Assembly: GCA_051294375.1 (NCBI GenBank)
Contig: CM119270.1
Span: forward strand, 20,165,802-20,229,801
Direction of reading: 5' to 3'
From: Paraspadella gotoi
Taxonomy: Eukaryota; Animalia; Chaetognatha
Length of the DNA: 64,000 nucleotides
Of this stretch, positions 56,405 to 64,000 are shown in pieces. The notes under the pieces were generated by a model. That model ran no database searches, was not told the DNA's origin, and saw only the letters and a list, made by a program, of their open reading frames with translations. The first letter of the stretch is position 1, and every line of letters starts with the position of its first letter. A program made the translations under genes and the position numbers.

Positions 56405-57695
56405 ATCAATGATTCAATCAATCAATCAATCAATCAGCGGCGAAAGTGGCGGAGGACGAACTCAAACGCTTCAAGGATCTCGTGACGAGCGAACGACTCA
56501 ACGATCGATACGAACGTTTGTCCGTCGCGGTGAGTTTGTTAGTTTATTAAACATTACGTATATTTGTTAATGTATCAAACATTACGTATATTTGTTAATG
56601 TAATGTTTAAACGAAAGCTTGATTTTATATACTCGTCTACGCTTGTGTTAATTGGTTAAAGTTTCTTTCACTCGCAATTATTTTTTTTCTTCCCAGTATC
56701 AAAACTATTTTTTTTTCATTTCGAATTTTAAAATACGAAAATACCGTTTTTAGTTTACAGTAACGGTCAGTTTTTGCTAACATGAAAAAAAAAACTTAAA
56801 TGTTTCGACAAAATTATAATCTACGCTGATAAAGACTGTCATCTTGTCGCACCGTGTACCCAATCGTTTTTTAAACATCTTTTATCTCTCGTAAAAAAAA
56901 AAACCTGATGAAACCTAGTGTGTTACACGTGGCCACACCCACTGTTTAGGTCCGCGCTAACGTGACGCCCGGTTACCCTTTCGCCCTCAATCGGTCCGCC
57001 TACGACGAAAGCCACAACCTGGACGCCATCTGTGATTCGCTTCACAGCGTGGAGGCGAAGCACCGACGGCGTCGTGACAAAGTCACCGATTGGAGAGACA
57101 TCTTTCTCATGTGAGAATTTCTTTGTCATTTTGTTGTTGTTGTTGTTGAGGGTTCATTGCGTTCTTCTCATTATTTAGATCAATGTTGTTTTTAAGATTA
57201 TTATTATTGTTAATGGATTATTTTTATAAAAATTCCATTTTTATTAATTTTCAGTTTAATATTAGAAGCGTTCGTCTTTTCATTTAATGTCCCACTGATT
57301 TTATTTTTTAATTCCTTCTCTTGTATGAATTTGATAGAACTTTTTATGTATTTATTTTTATGTATTTTTTATTTATTTTTATTGTTATGATTTCTTTTCT
57401 TTTTCGTTGCGTTTGGAGCATAGGAAAAAGTTTAAATTGTGATTCGGCAACGAATTTATTTAATAATAATAAACGGACATGTTTCGGTTCGGTTTACGAA
57501 CCTTCTTCAGCGCATTTAAGGACAGTTGTACTGTATTGTATTTATGTATTTATGTATTTTTATGTATGTATTTATTTTTATGTATGTATTTTTATTTATG
57601 TATTTATTTTTATGTATTTTAGGTACGAAAATATGAGGAAAAAAGTTCTTCGCGAAAACCAACTCCTTCAAAAAAGATCTACTTTGAGAAGATGA
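55916..57695 (+). CDS. Four-exon 161-aa protein, TEX33/CIMIP4-like; exons 55916-56075, 56438-56529, 56950-57110, 57623-57695
   Basis: GT-AG junctions with matching phases 1, 0 and 2 give MDIKRREELA...FDPE-AAKVAEDELKRFKDLVTSERLNDRYERLSVA-VRANVTPGYPFALNRSAYDESHNLDAICDSLHSVEAKHRRRRDKVTDWRDIFL-MYENMRKKVLRENQLLQKRSTLRR*. The family call rests on remembered pattern similarity only. Confidence 0.8.
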
Positions 57696-58353
57696 TCTTG
57701 TAAATTGTAGATTGATGATAATTGTGAACATATTGTACAAAAATATTATTAATGTAGACTACAAGGTGTACATTTTATAACTGCGCACTTAGAAAACTGT
57801 AATTAACTCAACACCTCGTCGATTTTTTTAAACTATATTCCGATGAAAAATATCAATGATAACTTGTACTAAAATCTCAATTTATTCAGCTACACATGAG
57901 AACAGAAAAAAAAAGTATTCAAACTAAAAACTAAAGATAGAAAAATAAAACTCGAATCCCGAGCGTCAAGCAAAGTAATTTTTTTACTTAATAAATCTTG
58001 CATTGATAAAGTGTTCCGATTGAAGCCACTCATTACTGAGTATTAAGAAATACATAATATTTATAATATTTTGTTTTAAAAGCGATGAATGATGAACACT
58101 TTTGCGCATTTGCTAGATTACAGAATAAAGGGAAATCGTTTTCAATAAATTTCAAATAGTAGAAAAAAAGTTTTATTATTTCTTGTCATGACATGATTTA
58201 AAAAAATAATAAAAGTTTTGGCAAAAAAATGTTTAAGCGTAAAAAAGTTAGATTTAAACTGATAACTTTTAACTAATGTGTTGACTTAAATGTCTTTGTT
58301 ACTTTCCTCATTGGCCAAAGCAAGCCCAACCACGCCTTCTTGAAGAGCAAGCT

Positions 58354-61300
58354 TCAAAGTACCTCTGCTTGTTGAACCAGAACAAGCTCCTCGTCAGTTG
58401 GCAAAATATTATCTTCTTTCTTCTCCTTTACAAGTTTGAACTGAAAACAAATATTAAAATTTAAATAAAGAAGAGTTATTTTAGAATAAACATAATTAAT
58501 ACAAATAGAAAATATAAAACTACATGCATTTTATCAAAAGAATAAATTCTTAACATGCTTTTTGTACATTTGGAAATATCCATGCTTTTCAACACAAAAA
58601 AAAAAGGCTTAGGGAAAAAAATGTGAAAAAAAAGATCAATTTTAGTTAATAAAAACCTTTTTTTCCCAAATTAATTAAAGGAAGAATGTCTTGATAGTTG
58701 ATACCATTCCATCCTCAAAAGGTTTCATGTCGCGTTCAGCTTCGACGCTGAATCTCACTGCTGACTCAATAATTTCATTCACAAAAGTCTCCAGGTCAAA
58801 TTCTGGCATTTCTAAATCCTCCATTGTTTTAAAAGCATCATCTTTATCATCACTGTCATCAGCGGCGTTTTTGGCTTCAGTGTCGTCTTTATTGTCTTTG
58901 TTATCTAAGACATTGTTGGCGTAATTGTCCTCGTCATTTTGTTCATCATTGTCGTCAAGGTCGTTGTTGGCATCATTGTCGTCATCATCTTTATCGTCCT
59001 TGTTATTAAGGTCATTGTTGGCATCATAGTTGTCATCATCTTTATCATCCTTGTCATCTAAGAAGTTGTTGGCGTCATTATCATCGTCGTCTTTATCGTC
59101 CTTGTCATCTAGAACGTTGATGGCGTCATTGTCGTCATTGTCTTTTTTGACATTGTCATCTTTCTTGTCTTTGTCATCAATGACGTTTTTGGCGTTAGTG
59201 TTGTCAATAATGTCCTTGTCATCTAGAACGATGTTGGTGTCATTGTTATCTTTATTGTCCTGGTCATCTAAGTCCTTTGTGGAAACATTGTCCTTGTCAT
59301 CAATGACGTTTTTGGCTTCTGTGTCGATGTCATTATTATCATCTTGATTGTCTTTGTAAATTTTATCTTCCTTGTGATCTAGGACATTGTTGAGGTCATT
59401 GTTGTCATCATCCTTATGGTCCTTTTCATCAATGGCGTTTTTGGGTTCAGTGTCATTGTCGTCTTTATTGTCCTTGTAATCTAAGGCCTTTTTGGTAGCA
59501 ACGTTGTTGTTAATTTTTTTGTCTTTTTGGACATTGTTGGCATCACTGTTGTCATCATCTTTATAATTTTTGTCATCTAGGTTTTTGTTGACAACATTGT
59601 CTTTGTCGTTCTTATTGTCTTTTTCATCAATGGTGGTTTTGGCTTCAATGTTGCTTATGCCTTTATCCTCCTTGTAATCAAGGGCATTGTTGACATCATT
59701 ATCCATGTTAATTTTATTGAACTTGGGATCTAGGACATTGTTGACGTCATTGATGGCCTCATTATCGTCATTGTCATCTAAGCAATTTTTTGCGTCATTG
59801 TCGTCATTTTCTTTATATTCAGTGTCACCATCGACTTTTTTGGCTTTAATTTCAATGTCATCTTTATTTTTACTGTCATCAATAACACTTTTGGCTTCAC
59901 TGTTGATGTCATCTTCATCATCAATGTCATCATTGTCGTTTTTGGCCTCATTGTTGACGTCATCGTTATCACCCTTGTAATGCAAAGTGTTGTGGGCGTC
60001 ATTGTTGTTTTTATCATCGCGGTGATTAATGGGTTCGAGGGTATTAATGGCATAAATAGCGTTTTTAGCTTTATTATCACCTTTATCATCATTGTCATCA
60101 ATGGCATTATGTGCTTCAATGTTAACATCATCTTTATCATTGTTGTCATCAATAGCATTTTTGTCTTTATTGTCAATGTCATATTTTACTTCCCTGTCAT
60201 CAATGGCCTTTTTGGCTTTATAGTCGTTGTCATCTTTAGCATCACTGTCATTAATGCAATTTCTAGCTTCATCGTCGGCGTCTCCTTTTTCATCATTGTA
60301 ATCAATGGCATTTATTTCTTCCTTGTTGTTATAACTGACGTCAATAATGTTATTATTGGCTTTATCGATGATGATGTATTTAATATCGCTAACATCATTA
60401 AAGTTTTTTGCTTTATTGTCAACATCATCTTTATCATCACTATCATCAATGGTGTTTTTTGCTTCATCGTTGAAGTCATCTTTATCATTGCTAAAAATAT
60501 TAGAGTTTTTTGATTGATTGTTGACTTCATATTTTTTATTGCTATCATTCATAGCATTTTGGTCCTCCTTCTTGATGTCATTTTTATCATTGCTGTCATT
60601 AATGGTGTCATCGGGTTCAGTGTTGATTTCATCTTTATCATTGCTGGCATTAATTTCATCAATGGCTTCATCATCAAAGTCATCTTTATTATCACTGTCA
60701 TCAATGGCATTTTTAGCTTCCTTGTTAACATTGTCTTTCTCAACACTCTCATCATCGTCGTCAGTAGATTTCTTGGTACCATTGTTCTCGTTATCTTCAT
60801 CATTGCTGTCATAAAGAGCGTTTTTGGTTTCATTGTCAATGTCACCTTTGTCCTTGTTGTCATCCAAAGCATTTTTGGCTTCATTGTCATCAATGAAATT
60901 TTTGGCTTCATTCTTGACATTGATTTTATTACTACTGTCAATAATGTTGGTTTTGTCATCATCTTTATTGTCATAATCGTTGGTGTACTTGGCAATATTG
61001 GCAACATCTTTAGATTTGTTGTCATCCATTGAATTTTTTGCATCATATTTGTTTTCATATTTATCAATATTTTGGTCATTGGTGTTAATGACCTCATTGT
61101 TATTATCATTAGAATTGTTGGTGTCATTTTTGTCATCAACTCTTTCTGTGTCCTTGGTATAGTTGGCATCATTGTCATTGTTTTCTTCATCAACTTTTTT
61201 TTCCTTGCTATTCTTGGTATCATTGTCATCATCTTTGATATTGTTGTCATACTTGGCGTTGTTAGCATCATTATCATTATTTTTGTCGTCATTGTTGTCA

Positions 61301-61963
61301 CTGGCGTGGTTGGTGTCATTAACTTCTTCTTTTTTACGATTGTCATTATTGGAACCTCTGACATTATTTATGTTGTCGTTAAAGTTGTTGGCATCTTCAG
61401 CATTGCTTGTATTGTTGTCTTTTTTGTCATTGTTCTCATCATTGATGTTGTTAGCATCATTGTTGTCGTCATCTTTATCAGTATTGTCGTTCTTATCATT
61501 GTTGGTGTCATTGTAATCCATTTCTTTATCATTATGAAATTCCGTAACATTGAGAGCAGAAACAGGACAGGAAACAGTAGAAGAGACAGAAGAGACAGAA
61601 GGAATGCTTTCCATTGAGGTGTTAATTGAGATTAAACATGAATAGGGGGATGATGAAAAAATCTAAACAGTATATATGATTTAAAGAAAGATTGATCAAT
61701 AAACATTCAACGGCTTACCTTTCAAGTTGATCCTCAAGTACCACAACCTAAAAAATATATTTTTCTTATTATTTACTCAAAACTTGTATGTTTAAAGAAG
61801 TTTTATGTTCCGTTTAAAAATAAAAGCCATTTTAATTCTTATGAGAAAAATAATCCATTATTTAAAAAGAGGTTATTATGGTTAAAACATCTTAGCTCAA
61901 AAAAAATTTCTAGTTTGAAACCGGTAAAACCAACATAAATATGATCCATTCATTAATAAATAA

Positions 61964-61994
<31 letters not shown>

Positions 61995-63913
61995 AAACCA
62001 ACAGATTTCGAGATAACCAGACCTGCGCATCGACTGCTTCGTCCGTCGTCCTCAGCGCTTCTTCAATTTCTTTAGTTGGAATGAGTTCTTCCTTGGCCTG
62101 TTTTGCCGCGGCCTCTAATTCATTGGCCGCCAGGGTGAGTTCCACTGGCAGGTCAGTTGCCGCGGGTGAGGCCTCCTTAACTTTAGGCGATTCGGGAATA
62201 TTGATTTCAATTGAAGCTTCCGGTTCCATTGGCGGGCAGACAGCGACTGAGATGGAGGAGTCAACATCCGGGGCGTCTGCAGCTGGAGCGGCGGCTGTGG
62301 CATCGGCGGCCGCTGCGGCGTCGTTCAAGGCGGAGTCAGCGATGGGAGCAGAGGCTTCTTTCGCTTCCGCTAATGAAAACTCATTCTGCTCAGCATCGAC
62401 CCTTTCAGCTGCTTCCAGTATTTCCAGATCCGGGACATGGGGTGGGCAGACAGCGATGATAGGCTCTGGCTCAGAAGCTGGTTCTGTTGGTGAGGGTGGG
62501 GAGACTGGGGAGTCGATTGTAGGTGAATCTGGTGACGCTTCAACCACCGGGACTTTAGCTTCTTCTTCGGGGAGTGCGGAAGAAATTGAGGGCGCGGGGG
62601 TATCCTCAGATTTAACCGGGTCAGGTTTTGTTTCTGCAACTATTTCGGGTATAGCGGGAATTTGGGCTTCTTCTATTTTTTCCTCGGAAGCAGAGACTTC
62701 AGGTTGCAATAATATTTCAGCGTCGACTGCAGGTGTGACAGGAACTTCCAATGAAACTTTTTCTTCTTGTGCAGGATCTGATTGTTCTTCTTTTGTTTCA
62801 ACAATCAGGGATGGGATAATGGCATCAAGATTTTCTTCAGGAGCAGAGATCACTGCTGGTGGCTCAGGTTGTGTTGGAACAGATACTTCAGAATTGACAG
62901 CAGTGCAAACTTTTTCTTCAGGAGCAGAAATCACCGCTGGTGGTTCAGATTGTGTTTGTTCTTCTTTAACTTCAAATTTTGGGAGAGACACTTCAGAATC
63001 AACAGCCACTCCAGTGGAGGCTCTTTCTTCCGGTGCAGGGATCACGGCTGGTAATTTGGGTTGTGCTGGTTCTTTAACTTCAACTTTCGGGAGAGACACT
63101 TCAGAATCAACAGCCACTCCAGTGCAGACTTTTTCTTCAGGAGCAGAAATGACAGCTGTTGGTTCAGGTTGTGTTGTTACTTCTTCAGATTCAACTTTTG
63201 GAAGAGTCACTTGGGCAACAGCTGGTGCTGTTGTTGGCGCGGATGCTTCTGCATGCGAGAAGGTCAGCTTCGCGAGTGACGCTGGTTCCGCTGGCGTTTC
63301 GATCTTGGAAGCGAGCGTCGGTTCGTCGGCTTGGATTGTCGGATCAGCGGCTTTGGGGGAACTCTGAGCGTCGGCCGACGAAACGATGGAGGTGTCGGTC
63401 GGAGGGGAAGAGGCCGTCTCTGGTTTAGGGGAGACGACGATTGGGTTTGCTTCCACGACGGCCACCTGGAGATTTAAGGGGAGAGAAGAGAAAACCATTA
63501 ATCTTTAAAAAAAAATACCAATAACATAATCAACCATTATCAAGATTATTTATTTTACAACGATATGTAATTAGTCAGCGATTGAATATTAAATAATAAT
63601 TTTTTATTTTGATAAAATAATCAAATAAGTCGAGTAGAATGTTGTATGAACAATTTAAATTAAATTACTAACTTCCAGAACCCATCTATAAAGCAGAATT
63701 GACTGTTACGATATCAATATTCAAAACTCACCTTAGGCGGACTTTGCTCGATTATTTTACCCGGTGCCGCCACTGGGGCTGAAAGAACAAAAAATGTTTT
63801 GAAAATATTTAAGTAACATGTTTTGTTTAAATTTAATGAATTTAAATTTTATTTCGTTCTTATCAACCTGTGGGTTCTGGCTCCTCCTTTCGCTTTGAAA
63901 ACAAGGCTCCCAT
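58354..63913 (-). CDS. Large (~1500 aa) acidic, probably disordered protein with an N-myristoylation-type start; exons 63913-63868, 63778-63732, 63465-62023, (61747-61719), 61662-58705, 58440-58354
   Basis: MGALFSKRKEEPEPT|APVAAPGKIIEQSPPK|VAVVEANP...VDAQ|...FEDGM|FKLVKEKKEDNILPTDEELVLVQQAEVL*. GT-AG junctions with compatible phases, except after the 29-bp exon. Confidence 0.8.
58705..61662 (-). CDS. ~986-codon Asp/Asn/Lys-rich exon with 17-aa repeats
   Basis: 2.9-kb stop-free frame in AT-rich DNA with codon-level variation; tgtttag| acceptor and ATG|gtatca donor in frame with the terminal exon. Confidence 0.85.
62023..63465 (-). CDS. 481-codon Ala/Glu/Pro-rich exon with ~36-aa internal repeats
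   Basis: ctccag|GTG acceptor and CAG|gtctgg donor; long open frame with higher GC and varied codons. Confidence 0.9.
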
Positions 63914-64000
63914 TTTTTTTTCTTTTTTTAATTGTTATTTTTTGTTGATATTATTGTTTGTTTTTTTTCACGATAATTTAAGTTAATTCGTTTTTTTTTC

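Noticed and set aside
57109-57114. ATG-TGA as the end of the TEX33-like gene
   Set aside because: AT|gtgaga is a donor whose phase matches the acceptor at 57623, extending the frame by 24 plausible codons.
59030-63428. Plus-strand and alternative-frame ORFs over the two large exons (e.g. 428 aa at 62081, 271 aa at 60549)
   Set aside because: They are shadows of the biased minus-strand coding sequence.

Overview
AT-rich, microsatellite-dense DNA from an intron-rich eukaryote, most likely an invertebrate animal; nearly all entries in the ORF track are microsatellite read-throughs. Reading splice sites by hand gives four gene models. (1) The 3' part of a copine gene (second C2 domain plus vWA domain, CPNE5/8/9-like) on + from 1324 to 44668, with 12 recognisable exons and one exon not clearly located. 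(2) A four-exon 161-aa gene on + (55916-57695) resembling TEX33/CIMIP4. (3) An apparently complete gene on - (63913-58354) for a ~1500-aa acidic low-complexity protein that starts with an N-myristoylation-type motif (MGALFSKRK) and carries a ~3-kb exon of 17-aa Asp/Asn repeats. (4) Two phase-compatible minus-strand exons near 52.2-52.8 kb from a possible further gene. Much of 2-41 kb consists of direct or inverted, indel-rich duplicate copies joined at 25-N gaps, most likely long-read gap-filling artefacts. Helentron/DINE-1-like elements, minisatellites and tandem arrays built from copine splice junctions are also present. I see no prokaryotic-type system (CRISPR, IS elements, rRNA or tRNA).
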